The notes beneath the pieces were generated by a model. It did no database searches. It was not told where the DNA came from and saw nothing but the letters and a program-made list of their open reading frames with translations. Of a stretch of DNA of 64,000 bases, positions 12,955 to 26,758 are shown one piece after another. Made by a program: the position numbers and the translations under genes. This stretch comes from Chlorokybus atmophyticus (Eukaryota > Plantae > Mesostigma and Chlorokybus algae), in NCBI GenBank assembly GCA_009103225.1, contig RHPI01002402.1, forward strand, positions 124,001-188,000. The letters are read 5' to 3'. Each line of letters opens with the position of its first letter. Positions within the stretch are counted from its first letter, which is position 1.

Positions 12955-15900
12955 ATGGCGGCGACGGCGGGGCAAGCGATATACATCCCTGTGCAGGGGA
13001 GCGAGGAGGTGGTTGCCCTCCCCCTGGACGCCCTGCCCGAGAACATAGACGATGTCCTGGACATCATGCGTGCGGAGCGGGCGCCCCTGGACCTTTGGAT
13101 AGCTGTTGCGGTGCGTACAAACGCGTGCAGCATGCAATTGCTGTGTACTCAACCAAGTCACCAAGCTGTATGCACTGCATTATACTGATTGCCCTGAGAG
13201 GCAGATCTTGCAGCGTGTGCCAACAACAGTAGACGAGGGAATTAGTTTAATCATTTGGTTGTTCACATTGGTTGTTCACATTGGTGTTTGTCGAGCACAG
13301 TTCCTGCTGATTTGGTTTGAAAGGTCGTGGGGTGTTGTGAAGGCGTTCTTAATCATGGCTGCAGGGAACTGTAACTTGCTCAAGCTACCCAACGATGAGT
13401 ATTGGCAAGACATGTGCTGCATTCTGACCTCTAGCCGATTCATCTTACAACACCACCAATGCACATATAAGTGTCCCAGTTCGTTCGCATGCAGCCAACA
13501 TGCAAAGCTGAGTTTGTAATCCCTATTTTAGTATCAGCATTGCAACGGGTGTACGCAGCAGTGCTGGTGCTGGTGGTTGTGTCCGTTGTTGTTCGGCGAG
13601 CACGGCTTGAGGGACACTGTGCATCACAAGCCGGATAGGATGATAGGGGTTGCATTGGTCATAAGCGTGAGCATCATTGCATCTCGTTTGTTCCTTGTTG
13701 TCATCACAACAGGTGTCCGTTGTCATGCAGCGAGAGTACTACCGACAAGGCAAAGTTGAGCAGTTTACACACATCCTCTATGAAGCTTCTTCTCCAGGTG
13801 CGTTTTAACAACTCCTACCGCTCCAGTATGCACGTCATTGCGCTGTGCTTGCTACTCATCACAGGTGTGCGTGTACAGCTATTGCGCACATCTGTTGGCA
13901 CTGCATGTATTCATCACATCAACAAAATATTATGTGTCTGGCAGAGGCTGAGAAGCACTTTGGAGCCCTTGGGTTCCAAGCCGAGCGCGTGGCGATTCTG
14001 TTAGCGTTAGCGTCTCACCTGGTGGAGCTTCACAAAATTGTCCCCGCGCACAAGGACACGCTGAGCGAGTCACAAAGCTATGTCTTCAGAGCTGGACAAA
14101 TCGATCATGACAGCTCAATGCTTTGCGTTGTACGAGGTTTGATCTTTGCTTACATCAGTGGCATTCCTATCTTGCATGCTTCGTACTTCGTCACCTGTCA
14201 GCTACTGAGCATCGCATCCAGTTCTTGATACTACTATTCAATCAGTATCACACTGTGCGTTGACAGTTTGTGCTGTTTGCAGCACAACAATGCCTGGTGA
14301 GGAATGATATCACTGGTGCCACCTCAGCCTACAACCTGGCTGTGACTGTGGACCCAAAGAATGCTGCGGCCATCATTGGTCAGGTATACACGTGTTGAAG
14401 TTTTCTGCCAGCAAGGGTCGTGGATGCTGCAACACAGTGACGCATGCGATTGCAAAAGCTGGGGTTTGTAGTGGTGCCTTGCTCAGCAAGCCACCTTGCC
14501 TGGCCTCCTAGCATACAGAATCCCACGTCTTCGTTCAATGGCGCATTGGTGACGTGCACTCTTTGAGCAGGCTGTGTTGGCGTTCAATCGTAAAGATTAC
14601 ACCAGAGCTGCGAATTTGTTCCAGGTGTCCCAAATCCTTCTGATTGTGATGATGCAGACGCCTGGAGCAGCACGCGTATGTGATGCACTTATGCTGCCCC
14701 CTTGCAGAATGCTTTGCGCTTCATGCCAACCTGCCCGCCAGCGTTGCGGTTGGGTTTTGCAATGCTGTACTACAAGCGGGGCAACCTTGACAAGATGCGA
14801 GAAGCACTTGAACGAGTCCTCCAGGCAAGCCTCTTAAACTTGAGAGCTTTCTGAGATGGGGTTATGACGGTATGCTGGTGCACCTGTGCAGCTGGACCCT
14901 GACTGCGTTGAAGCCTTGGCTGCCATGGCAATTCTCAGCATCAATGTTGGTTCAGGTATGCACCTCAGCTGCATGAAGGCGTATAAACATGCATGCTAAT
15001 ACTTTGTTGGTTGCAGAGGAGGCTATCAGAATGGCTATGCAAATACTGGAGCATGCTTACAGTGTGGATCCTCGGAATAAGCAAGTGCTAAACCATTTGG
15101 CGCGGCACTATCTGTATCATAATCAATACGATCGCGCCCAAATGCTGGCACAGTTTGCAGTATCATTACCGTCTGCAAACAGTCAGCTGCGAGCTGAGTC
15201 ACACTACTACCATGCACAAGCCTGTCATGCCCAGGTGCATATGGCAGGGTCATATTGCCTCCATAAGTGCGTCATGGGATGAGTATGAAGTGGTTGTCCT
15301 TGCGTCTACAGGGAGACTATGTAACAGCCTTGCAGCATTACAAGCAAGCCGCGGCGCTGCTGCAAGATAAAGAAGGCAACACTTTCTTGCTGCCGTTCTA
15401 TGGTGGGTGATTATGTGTGGGACTCGACACTTGCAGAAGCTGCTGCCTGCCATTGACCGACTTGAGCAGGTTTGGCTCAGATGCATTACCAGAAAGGTGA
15501 GCTGAAGAGCGCCATCGCGTGCCTAACCCGGGTTGTAGAGCGTCACCCTGATAACTATGAGACGTTGAAGGTAATTTTTGTAGCGCAGTTGACATCATCG
15601 AATGTTCAGTGTTTGACATTTCATAGCTTTGATCTCGTTTTCCTACTGATCAGGAAGCTAATGATGCGCAGATGCTTGGAAGTCTCCACTTGCAGATGCA
15701 ACATAGAGACCAGGCCCTCACGTACTTAAAGCGTGCGACTGCATTGGAGCCTGCAGATGTTGACGTAAGGCTTCAGCCTGAGTTGATGGCTGAGGTTGTT
15801 GGCAACTTCTTTGCCCGTCATTTTCTAGCCCTGCGTCAGTTGTCAACATGACGCTCTGCAGGCATGGATAGAGATTGCGAACTTACAGGAACAGATTGAG

Positions 15901-18900
15901 CCAGCTGAGGCTGTGGGTTCATATCAAAAGGTGCCTCACGTTGCTATCACCTTTGCAGAATGTTCTGTCCAAGTACAGCATGCCAGTGCTACAGTCCTAT
16001 AGATGTGTCCCTGTAACCCACCAGTTGGTGTTCAGGCGCTGAAGCTGCTGAAAAGGCGGGGCGACCCCTGGCCACCTGAGCTGCTGAACAACCTGGGAGC
16101 CTTGAAGCACGTAAGTGGCGACCTGAAGGTACTCAGCAGCATCAAGCGTTACGGACTGAGCTAGCATTGAGCTAGTTAACCATGCATGTCATTCCCCACT
16201 CGTAGCACTGCAGCATGCGACAGGAAGGTGGGTTGTGTGCTAATCTATGTCTTAGGGAGCGATGGACACCTACCAGCAGGCTTTGGAAGCAGCCGGAGCT
16301 ATGCCAGCTTCGAATGGAAACCACTCTTCTGCCAACGGCATCAATGGTAGGATTTCAGTCAACACTTCTGCTGTGCCCATGAGTATATGCGAGGCTGATG
16401 CTTGTACCATCCAGGCGAGGAGCATGCAGATCTAAGAACACCTGCAGCTGTAACAATCACTTTCAACATTGCACGTCTGCATGAGGAGCAACACGACGTT
16501 CAGAAGGCGGAGGCTCTGTACCGGCACATACTGTTGGAATACCCAGACTACACCGATTGTCATCTGCGTCTGGCGACTCTTGCAAAGGAGCGCGGGGACT
16601 ATAATGCTGCCATGCAGCAGCTGAAAACTGCGAGCGCTGGCAACACCAATGTTGATTTGCAGGTACTTCAGCAGCTTCTCTGTCGTCTCTGCCGAGAAAA
16701 GGTTATGTTCTCTGCTGACATGTTTTGCACTTGCACATAGGCGGCATTGGGCAATTTGTACATGCTGCAAGGCGATTGGCATGCAGCACGCCAAGCTTTC
16801 AAGAGCGCTGTACAGTTCAAGGTTGACAAGGCTGACAGGGACAACAAGAGCGATGCACAGGCAGATAAGAAAATTGAGAAGCACTTCCTGGATGCTTACA
16901 GCATCCTGTCCATGGCCAACGTGGACTACTACAGTTCGGTTGAGACCAGCAACCCTGAGAAAAAGGAGAAACTGTTGGCCAACGCGTTGAGGATGTTCGA
17001 GGATGTATGTCATGTTGCCATGTTGAGACTGTATCCGCTAATGCTTGGTCAGTATTGAGTTACAATGAAGGCTCTTGCAGGTGCTAGAGAGCAAACATAA
17101 TAACATCTATGCTGCCAATGGCATTGGCATCATTCTTGCAGAAAGGGGGCGAATCGAAGCTGCTAAAGAGGTGTTCACCCTGGTGAGTGACATTCACAAC
17201 CACCAGGCTGAAGCAAACACCAGCGCGTGACATTACATTTTTGTCCTCATGTAGGTGCAAGAGGCTGCAGCATCTGAGTTGACTGGCGGGATGGCGCACG
17301 CGTACGAGAACTTGGGGCACATATTCTTGGCTCAAGGACACTACGTCAACGCCATCAAGATGTACGAGAATGCGCTGAAGAAGTCCGACAGTCGAGATGT
17401 ATCCGTGTTGCTGTACCTGGCGCGCGCACTGTACGACTCGGATATGCTAATGGAGTGCAAGCGCATACTACTGAAAGCGCTGCACGTGTCACCAGATGAC
17501 CAGGTCAAGCTGAAGCGCATGCAGTTGATCACGTTTGTGGTCCACGCTGCGTCTGATACAACAGCGTTTGCTCATTTGATACAATGTACTGTTTGCTCAC
17601 TGGGTGTTCCTGTGTGAGCAGATGGTGCGCTTTGACTTGGCTGTGGTTATGCAAGAGCATGCCGTACGCACCTTGCGGAAGGACAAACACACTCTCGCGG
17701 GCATGCAGCAGGCCATTGCTGAACTGGAAGGCTGTCTGCTGATCTTCCAGCAGCTCGAAAAGCTGGGAGACATGCCCGAGTATGGATTGAGTCTCAAACG
17801 AACAAAGCAGCACCTCGTGTTTGCGCAGCAGACTCTGCAAAGGGCACACATACACGAAGAGCAGGTAAAATTCTCGACTTCATACGTGCATGCCTGTTGC
17901 AGATTGACCTGTATTAGCACGTATTGTGCAGTTTTGAGCTCAAATGGCAACATATTGCTTCACAACAGGCCCGGAGAGAGGAGCAATTGCAAGAGCTTCG
18001 CAAGGAGGAGATGCGTGCGCGACAACAGTCTGTTGTGGAGAGAAAGAAAGCCGAGGAAGAGCGCAAGCAGCGAGAAGAACGCGCCAAGAAGGAACACGAA
18101 CAGCTCCTCATACAGCAGTACGAGGAGAAGATGCGGAACCTCCGCGATCAGTGGAGGAAAGAGCATGAGTATAAAGAGAAAGAAGAGGGCGCAGAATCGA
18201 AGAAAAAGGGCAAGAAACGCAAAGACAAGGACAGGTAACACTCCGCAGTTAGGTCGCAAGTCGTGCTTGATACTGCACATAGCATGTCCGGTAGCTAGTT
18301 TGCAGATGTTTGTTGCAAGCTAAGTCTTACACATTCGCTGGTCTTGTGTACAGGGGAGACAGTGAGCCAGAGGAAGAGCCATCCGATGATGAAGCAGCAA
18401 AGGCCGCGACAGGTCTATTTGGGAGCGACGAGGAGTCTGAACAAGCCACTCCACGTGGTTCTGGTGACGAGAGGAGTGACGCGGAGAATGCGGGCAAGCG
18501 CAAAGGCAAGGACAAGGACAAGAAGAAGCACCGGCTCAAGAAGGACAAAAAGGACAAGGATAAGGACACGGACAGGGACAAGGAAGGCAAGCCATCCAGG
18601 CGAGTCAAAAAGATCAAACTCAAGTCAGACCGAGGCAAGCCAGTCGAGGACGTGGGCCTGCTGGCTGCTTTGGCAGACAGCGAGTCTGATCATGGTAAGT
18701 GTTTAAATGCTTGTAAGCATGCGTTGCCCTGCTTTGCTCGCTTAGCTCTTAGCTTAATCCTTGCTGTTGTCTGCAGATGTTGGCACCTACCGCATGGATG
18801 GAGTGTCTCCGCAAGAGGTATGCCTCGCTTCAGTCGTTCATTGTTGGTCGCAGTACGATAGCGCACTGTAGAGATCTAGATAACAGTGTCTAATCCAACA

Positions 18901-19144
18901 TTACCTTCATATTGATTAGTTGACCTGTGTGCAGGTTACCCCAGCTGGCCGGAAGCGAGCGCGTGCTTTCATTGACGACGATGAGGATGAGGATGATGCT
19001 GCGGGCAATGCAAGCAAGGCACCCAAAGACAGCAGTACAGGACCCTCCCCGTCGCAGCCGAGTCCGACTCGAGAGCGCAGCACGAGTCCGGCTCCGGCTG
19101 CCACCAAGGCTAGTGTGGGGTTGTACAGTAGCGACAGCGAATAG
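12955..19144 (+). CDS. CTR9: Paf1 complex subunit CTR9/VIP6 (TPR protein), multi-exon
   Basis: N-terminus IYIPVQGSEEVVALPLDALPENIDDVLDIMRAERAPLDLWI, many TPR-like exons, NIYAANGIGIILAERG..AKEVFTLVQEAA, YENLGHIFLAQGHYVNAIKMYE, and a charged Lys/Glu/Asp/Ser-rich C-terminal tail ending YSSDSE*. Confidence 0.95.
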
Positions 19145-19648
19145 TCCCAACCCGTGCTGGGTGTAGCTTTCATTGTTGGTACATTATGCAATGCTTGACA
19201 CTCTGCCACCACAAGCAGATTGTGACATCACAGCAGCAGACTTGCGTGCGTTGCACAGACACATCTGTTCCAAAGAGCATAGCAATGGCTATGATGTTGC
19301 ATGTTCATCAACCACACGAAAACCAATGTCAAACCTTGACTAGCGAGCTAGTTTACAGTCTCAACTTTGTGCCTATTGAGACAATTACTCTACAGCAATA
19401 GCTACTTGACAGCGCCAATGTGTTGCTGCCTAATCACCTCTGTGCTTGCGCAATGTGCGCACAGAAGCCAAACTTCAATATGGCTGCCCTTATTGTAAGG
19501 GCCAGCAAAGAATGGAGCTGGGCAATGTGCCCAGCAACAATAGTGTACTTAGCAACAGCTTCAACTGATCAATTGATCAGTCGGCTAACTCCTGCGCGCG
19601 CGCGTGTGTACAAGCAAAGGATGAAGTCTTCATCCCACCCCAACCTTT

Positions 19649-22600
19649 TTATGCGAGGCTCAGTTGGCGGATGCGGTTGTTGACGGTGTCCACCACATAG
19701 AACAGCTTGCCATCGCTTGCCATTGCCAAGTCGGTGGGGCTGTTGAACTTGGCTGTAGCCAACGTCCCATCGGAGTAACCCGCCACACCACCACTGACTA
19801 CTGACACAGCACCTGCAGGAAGCAAAGACAAGTCAGACAAATGTGTGTGTCTGTGTGCGTGCATTTGAACCAACTTGTCTACTATGTGTACCTGTGGTGA
19901 GGTCAAGATACTTGATGCTGTTGTACGCGAGTCCCGAGTAGAACAGACCCGTGCCATCGAGTGAGAGCGCCATGCCCGATGGCTTGGTGTAACCCAACAC
20001 CTTCTTCACAGACACCATCCCCGTGGCCATGTGGATCACCTTGATAACCTGGTTGTTGAGATCAGCGACATACACCACATCCACGCCGGAGGCGTCCTTC
20101 CCAACAGCGAGTCCTTGCGGCGTGTTGAACCTTGCATTGGGTCCACGCACGGAAGGGGAAGACTCGGTAGCTGGCACGGCACCCGAAGCACCGTTACCCG
20201 CCACGGTTGTGACCGCACCGTTGCTACGCTTAACGAGGCTCACGCCGTGGCGGTGAGTAACATACACACCCAACCCGTCACCCGAGAGTGCGATCCCTGA
20301 GGGTGAGTTGAATCTAGCATATGAAGAGTTGCCGCCCCGGAAAAGAGCCGTGTTCCATCCTGCCAATGTTGTGACAGCTCCCGACGAAGTGTCCACGCTA
20401 CGCACGCGGTTGTTGCCAGCATCGGCGACGTACACAACCTTCCCGTCGCGCGAGACCGTCACGCCCGCAGGTGCGTTGAACTTGGACAAGGACCCAACAT
20501 TGGTGTTGGCGAAGCCGGCTGTAGAGGACCCGGCGAGGGTGGATAGTTGGCCTGTGGCGATGTTCATCACGCGAAGAGCGTGCGAGTCTACCACGTAGAG
20601 GACAGAGGAGGTGGGGGACAACGCGCAAGCAAGAGGACGAGCCAACGAAGATGAACCGCGAGGACCGTTGGCAACAGCCATCGTACCGTTACCAGCCCAT
20701 GTTGCCACCTACATCAACGCATTTGATTCAGTATACACACACCCACACACACCCACGCACATCCCAACATGTTGTGCTTCTTACTCGGCCAGTGAAGGCA
20801 GTGGTGGTTGCTTCTGTTGGTGGTGGGCTGGATGTGGGTGGTGGTGGTGAGGGTGAGCGTGGTGGAGGTGGTGAGGGTGAGCGAGGTGGAGGAGAGGGAG
20901 AGGGAGAGGGAGGTGGTGGAGAAGGTGAGGGTGGTGGAGATGATGTCTGTGAGGGGTTGAGCTTTGAGGCATACGGGGCCACGGCGGCAGCGAACGCTGT
21001 GCCAGAAGGCTTCTGGTTCCAGGAATCAACCCAGAACTGACGAGCCTTGCTGTCGTTCATCCACCAACCGCCACCGCTCGCAGCCTGTGTGAGTGTACAC
21101 GTTGGCGTGTGCGCATGCTACAAGAGTTGTTGTGTTGTGTTGTGTCGGTGTGGTTGGCTTACCAGCAGTCCGTAGTGAGCCTCGCCAGTACCGTACTGCC
21201 CCTTCCACACCTCGTCCGTCATCTCAAACACAACCGAACCCAAGAAACGTGGGAACGCAGGGTCCGTCGCCATAGACATCATCGTCTACAAGAATAAGAA
21301 ATCAGTCACTCTCCTTTCAACCCAAAACCCAACATACATGTATCGTTAATATCACTCACCGTCAGTGCTTGTTTGACTGCGTCCGCCTGTGTCCCCTTGC
21401 TCGCATCCATCGTGTCGTAAGCTCCGAACTCCGTGACGGCCATCGGGACGTTCTGCAACACGGCGTCGTTGAACCAGCCGGTGATGACGTTGCGGAAGAT
21501 CGCGGCGTAGATGGAAGTGGACTCGGAGAAGTACATGTTGACGCCGGCGACGTAGCGGGACTCGTAGAGGGAACCCAAACCAGCGTTGTAGAGGGCAGTC
21601 TGAGAAATAGGGACAAGAAATTGGGTCAAGTTGGGATGTGGAGTTGTGTGTCACGCACACAATGTGTGTCATGTTGGGCGAAACCCACCCACGCACACGC
21701 AAACTTACACACGCTGATTTAACCCCCACCCACAACCACACCACACACCCACATGTACTCACCCTATACACTTTCTGCGCGTTGAACCCGGCATCGAATA
21801 TCGAGATCGCCATGATGGGTCTGTTACTCGGATCCTCCTCCGCCACGATCTTCACCGCATTGGTGAAGGCCGGCATGCACGCGTTGAGGTCCGGCTGGCA
21901 CTTCCCGTCGTTGGACAGCTCGTTGGTGACGCCCCATGCGACGATGGCGGGGTGGGCGGCGTGGTTGCGGACGATGGTGGCCACGTCGGAGGAAGGGGAG
22001 GGGGAGTAGAGGACGTGGTAGTTGGAGATGGGGGCGATGACCTGCGGGAGGGGGGGAGGGTGAGTGTGGGCAGCTGTGTTGTGCATAATTATACTAGCAC
22101 ACGGACGAGTGTGGGCAACCGTGGGTGTGGGTGCGCATGTGTGCGTGCGCACATGTGTGTACGCATGCGCACACCCACACCCCACCCACCCCCACCCAAC
22201 CCACCCACCCACTGTAACACATCCCCCACCCACCTGGATCCCCATCTCCAGGCAGCGGTCCAGGAACCTGGTGTGGTCCACGTCGGGTCTCCACAGGTAC
22301 ATCCGCATGGCGTTTCCCCCGAGCTTTGTTGCCAGTGTGCCCACATCATCACGGCCACCGGCACCGTTGTCCCAGAAAGGCCAGAAATCGGGGTGGGCGA
22401 GATCTGGGAACAGGAGGAAAGGGATGAGAATGGGACCAGGACACAACAACAGTATCGATGTTTAATTATCACACACACCTCCGTGCCAGAATATTGGGGA
22501 TGCTGGTGGGTTTGGTATGTTGGATGGCATGGGTGAGTAGTTGACGCCGGCGAGGGGGCGGAGGGAGGCGCCGGGGAACGCGCGGGCGAAGCCGGACAGG

Positions 22601-22771
22601 AGGAGGACTGAGAGAAGAAGGCACACGCAGGCCAATATGGTGAGACCCTTTGCATTGTGTGTTGTTGTATGGAGTGCAGTAAACACACATGCGAAGGGGC
22701 GTACCGAGCACGGTGACGAGAGCGGTGGCGGCCATTGTGGCAGTTGCGGCTGTGTTTGCTGAAGGAGCCAT
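19649..22771 (-). CDS. Secreted clan GH-A glycoside hydrolase (GH72/GH5/GH2-like) + SP-rich extensin-like linker + NHL-repeat beta-propeller; 5' exon uncertain
   Basis: Hydrophobic leader GLTILACVCLLLSVLLLSGFARA, then GVNYSP, RDDVGTLATKLGGNAMRMY..DHTRFLDRCLEMGIQVI, WGVTNE (acid/base Glu), MAVTEFG (nucleophile Glu) and VVFEMTDEVWK. These are followed by SPPPSPSPPPP repeats (~20810-20945) and NHL repeats (FNAPAGVTVSRDGKVVYVADAGNNRVR, FNTPQGLAV..VYVADLNNQVI, FNSPTDLAMASDGKLFYVVDTVNNRIR). The exon phases I checked are consistent. Confidence 0.85.
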
Positions 22772-22793
22772 GATGCTGAGTGTAGGTGTCACC

Positions 22794-22796
<3 letters not shown>

Positions 22797-22832
<36 letters not shown>
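22797..22832. repeat. (GT)n microsatellite
   Basis: Uninterrupted GT dinucleotide run. Confidence 0.95.
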
Positions 22833-22833
<1 letters not shown>

Positions 22834-23147
22834 ATACGAGCATGTCCACTCGCCACAATGCAGCCACTCACCTAAGCAGCTGGGTCAAGTTGACACAACT
22901 CTGCTAGGTGACGCCTCTCCTCTTCCGTCCTCCCCACAAGCCGACTACACACTGCACAACACTATCACTTTGCCGCGTAGGCTGCAATATCCCTTACACC
23001 CCACCACCCTAGTATATATACTCCCACTCGCCTCCTCTCTTAGCGGCTGCTGGCCATAACGCAGAGGCTATAAGCGGCGGTTTGACTCCTTCAATTCTAG
23101 GCTCCGTCACCATTGTGAACATTCACTCCTAGTCTTAGCTTTATTCT

Positions 23148-23240
23148 TAGGCCTGGCCCGGGCCCCGGCCTGACTTAGTGTGGCCCGGCCTGGTCTGGCC
23201 TGGACTTAGGCCTGGACTTAGGCCTGGTCTTCTTAGCCTG
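23148..23240. repeat. Cluster of short GGCC-palindromic and tandem motifs (AGGCCTGGACTT x2, GGCCCGG), possible DNA-transposon terminus
   Basis: taggcctggcccgggccccggcctgac...ggcctggacttaggcctggacttaggcctgg is read directly from the sequence. The transposon interpretation is inference. Confidence 0.4.
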
Positions 23241-24117
23241 TGCACTCGTCTCTGCTCGTCCCTTGTCCCGGTCAAGGGCAAGGAAGCGGGCGCGTAACTG
23301 AAGTACGCTCGAGGATGAGATTCTGCCCCGGTAGGGGTGGGTTACGGTGGTGTATCCGCGGCGCGAAGAAGATTCCTGGGCGTAATCGGTGGAGTCTAAA
23401 GCTCCGCGTTACGATCACGTGACTGGGAAGAGAGAATACGAGACGCACAACAGTAACGAAATGATGCGTCTGTAAAAAAGGAGGCATGTCAACGGCGACT
23501 TGACGACATGATGACCATGTTGACCATAGGTAAAAACGCAAAGGTCCTGTCTTGGTGATGCATTGGTGCTATTCCTGCTAGTGCAAGATTTGCTGTACAG
23601 ATGACATGCCAGTATGGTAATTGTTTGCTTTCAACCGGAAAGTTGAACAGATACACAATCCAACTTGTTAACTTGTCCGTCCGTCTTGCCGCGAGACGCA
23701 AGCGTAACTTGAATCTTTGTTTGCATAATAACTCGCTGGGCTACACGGCCTGGTCCTGGTGTAGAGTAGGCTACACTACACTGTACCTCAAATATGCTGT
23801 GCTTGGGGGCTAGACGGTCTAGCCTAGACCCCTTGAGATGATGATTGGCAGACATAGACATCAAGTTGGTGTTTGAAGCGGGCGCAAAAGTAGTGGCTGC
23901 GGCCTGCCAGGCCGGAGCACGCCGGCCAAAATGCCACCGATTTGTGGATTGTTCAGCTGCTCAGTGACGACAAGCCACAAAGCAAAGTGTTTAGGTGTGT
24001 TAATCTTTCAACCTGTTTATCTTGTTTATCTTGTTTTGTCCTTGCGCAAGTTGTGCACACACAAGTCCCCCGCAGCCCCCCAATCACAGGCCAGTAATAG
24101 ATCGCTTCACTGCGGGG

Positions 24118-24451
24118 NNNNNNNNNNNNNNNNNNNNNNNNNNNNNNNNNNNNNNNNNNNNNNNNNNNNNNNNNNNNNNNNNNNNNNNNNNNNNNNNNNN
24201 NNNNNNNNNNNNNNNNNNNNNNNNNNNNNNNNNNNNNNNNNNNNNNNNNNNNNNNNNNNNNNNNNNNNNNNNNNNNNNNNNNNNNNNNNNNNNNNNNNNN
24301 NNNNNNNNNNNNNNNNNNNNNNNNNNNNNNNNNNNNNNNNNNNNNNNNNNNNNNNNNNNNNNNNNNNNNNNNNNNNNNNNNNNNNNNNNNNNNNNNNNNN
24401 NNNNNNNNNNNNNNNNNNNNNNNNNNNNNNNNNNNNNNNNNNNNNNNNNNN
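24118..24451. other. Assembly gap (N run) flanked by a G run and a poly-C run
   Basis: N characters. Confidence 1.
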
Positions 24452-25200
24452 CCCCCCCCCCCCCCCCCCCCCTCTCCCCCTTTTCTGTCTGCCCCTGATG
24501 ACCAGTGTATCAATCACAATAAAAGGCCAGTTGCTAAGCTTCAGGATGGGATCTGTGGAATCAGAGTGGTACCTTGTGACTTGACATGACAGTACTGCAC
24601 AGTTGTATAGATACGGTTGGACTGCTGTAGTGTACATAGGCGTTGGTTGGATGGCATTATTTGCTACGCTAGTGCACGTCTCATCTCTCCCGCCTGCCCT
24701 CTGTGTTAAGTTGTGTTAAGTTGAGAAGAGTGCAATGAGTGAACTCCCAGTATAGTACAGGTAGGTTGAGACACAAGGCAGTCCCTATATTTTCCGCATG
24801 GGTATGTGGGAACAATGCGCACGCAAGTGCAGAACTGCAGACCTGTTGCATGCTGCTTCTATTATTAATGACTGCGTGCAAGTTAGCTACGTACTGTTGT
24901 CACAGTATTTGACGGTTTCCGTTTTATGGGGGGGCGCCAAACACGTAGCTGTTGGTGTGACCAAGTACTACTAGCTATCACCAGTATAAGTCACATCAGG
25001 CCATGAGTGACGATGCCGGTCGGTTGATTTCACATCCAGACTGCCCCCAACATAGACTCACGCAAGGATGCACATGCACAAACCTATACACAACCTGCTG
25101 TCACTCATCACCAAAGTGTCCCCGACTCCTTACAGGTCGCCTGAAGAACTGCCTGACACACAGTACACGCACGCACGCACGCGCGTGAGCAGCCATCGTG

Positions 25201-26758
25201 ATGCGCCCTGGCAGCGCCCAGGCCACGCGCATGGCGAACCTCAAAGCCCAGGTGCACAACAAGTCCTTTATCACCATTACCATTACCATCACCATCACCA
25301 TCACCATCACCATCACCATCACCATCACCATCACCATACTCACTTGTTCAGCAATGTTTGTCTTGCCAGGTGGCGAGCATCCATGCCTGCGGCCCGAGCC
25401 CCTCCTCCGCCCTCACGGACGAGCACGCCTCCCTGCGCGCGATCCTCGTGGCGGGGGAGGACGCCTCCGCCACCGTGCACGACACGCTGCAGGTGCGTGT
25501 GTGCTTGTACACATGTGGGTGGGTGGGTGCGCGTGCGTGCGTGTGCGTGTCTGTCTGATGTGCTTCATATCTGATGCCTGTATTTGTATTTGACAGGAAC
25601 TGAGGGCACGCCAGATGGCTCTTGAAGCCCTCGCGGCCAGCTTGCTGGACGACACAAGGAGTGGGTATGACGGTCGTGGACACGACATGGTTGGTGACTG
25701 TGCTAGTCTCCCAAGCACAAGTATGAGTGGAACTGAACGACAACAGCGGCGGAGTAGTAGCAGCAGAAGGCCATCTGCAAGGTGTGTGAGCATGTGCTGG
25801 AATGTGGATGCAAACGTGAGCAACAACAGTCAAACAACAACAAACCAGATGTGTTACATTGTAGTTGGCAAACCTCCCACTCTCAGTGCACCATGCGAGC
25901 AGGCGGTTAAGGCACACCCCAGCGACCGAGTCAAGCCCAGGCAAATCATATGTTTCCCAACAGCGGCCCGCAGAGCAGCCCAACAAGGTATGAGCTACAC
26001 ATCCAGAGTGCACTGCATCGCCAGAGGCGATGATGTATAATCAGCACGACACTCACCGACTTTGCCACACAACAGGCAGCTGCGGATGCGCTAGCGTTGG
26101 CGCAACTGGAAGACTATGCGAGGGGTTTGCTGATGACGCATGGTGACCGTGACGACCCCGCCGCCAACCTCGCGCGCTACGCCGTCAGCGCCCCGCTGCC
26201 GGACTCGCTTGCAGACGCGTGAGTGGATGAATGAGAATGCGTGATTGCGTAAATGTTGGGTGTGCGCACGTTGGGGTTGGGGGCCGGGGGGGGAGGGGGG
26301 AGGCTTGTATATGCGCACGTGCGGGTGCGCCTGCGTGCATGCGTGTGTGCATGTGTGCATGCGTGCATATGTGTGCCTGTGCGGGTGGGTGTTTGCTTCC
26401 TGTATGTGCGAGAGTGAGAGCCTCCCTCCTTCCGGCAGGTGCGCAATCTGTCTGGAAGTTGTTGGGAGCAGCCAGCAGCAGCTGCTTCTCGCCTGCGGGT
26501 GAGTGCCTATGTGTGCATGCATCTGTTTGCGTGTTTGTGCGCGCATTTGCACAAGTACCTGCTGCAATGATCGGCTCGGTATCATTTAGTGGTGAAAAGC
26601 TGGAGGGGAACACACTGGGCACTGTGTACGTTTTATCACTCAGGCATAGGTATCACGCGGCGTGTATTGAGAGATGGGTGCGAGGGAAGCATGCTGGTGT
26701 GTGCCCGCTGTGCAAGACGCAACTGTACCCTCGACCACTAGAATTGCAATCAAGATGA
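25201..26758 (+). CDS. RING-H2 zinc-finger protein (putative E3 ubiquitin ligase); start and middle exons uncertain
   Basis: The terminal exons splice to DSLADACAICLEVVGSSQQQLLLACGHRYHAACIERWVRGKHAGVCPLCKTQLY, a C3H2C3 pattern. Upstream exons include MRPGSAQATRMANLKAQ and VASIHACG..TLQ. Confidence 0.78.
25270..25337. repeat. (ACCATC)n hexanucleotide microsatellite in an intron
   Basis: About 11 tandem units seen directly. Confidence 0.95.
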
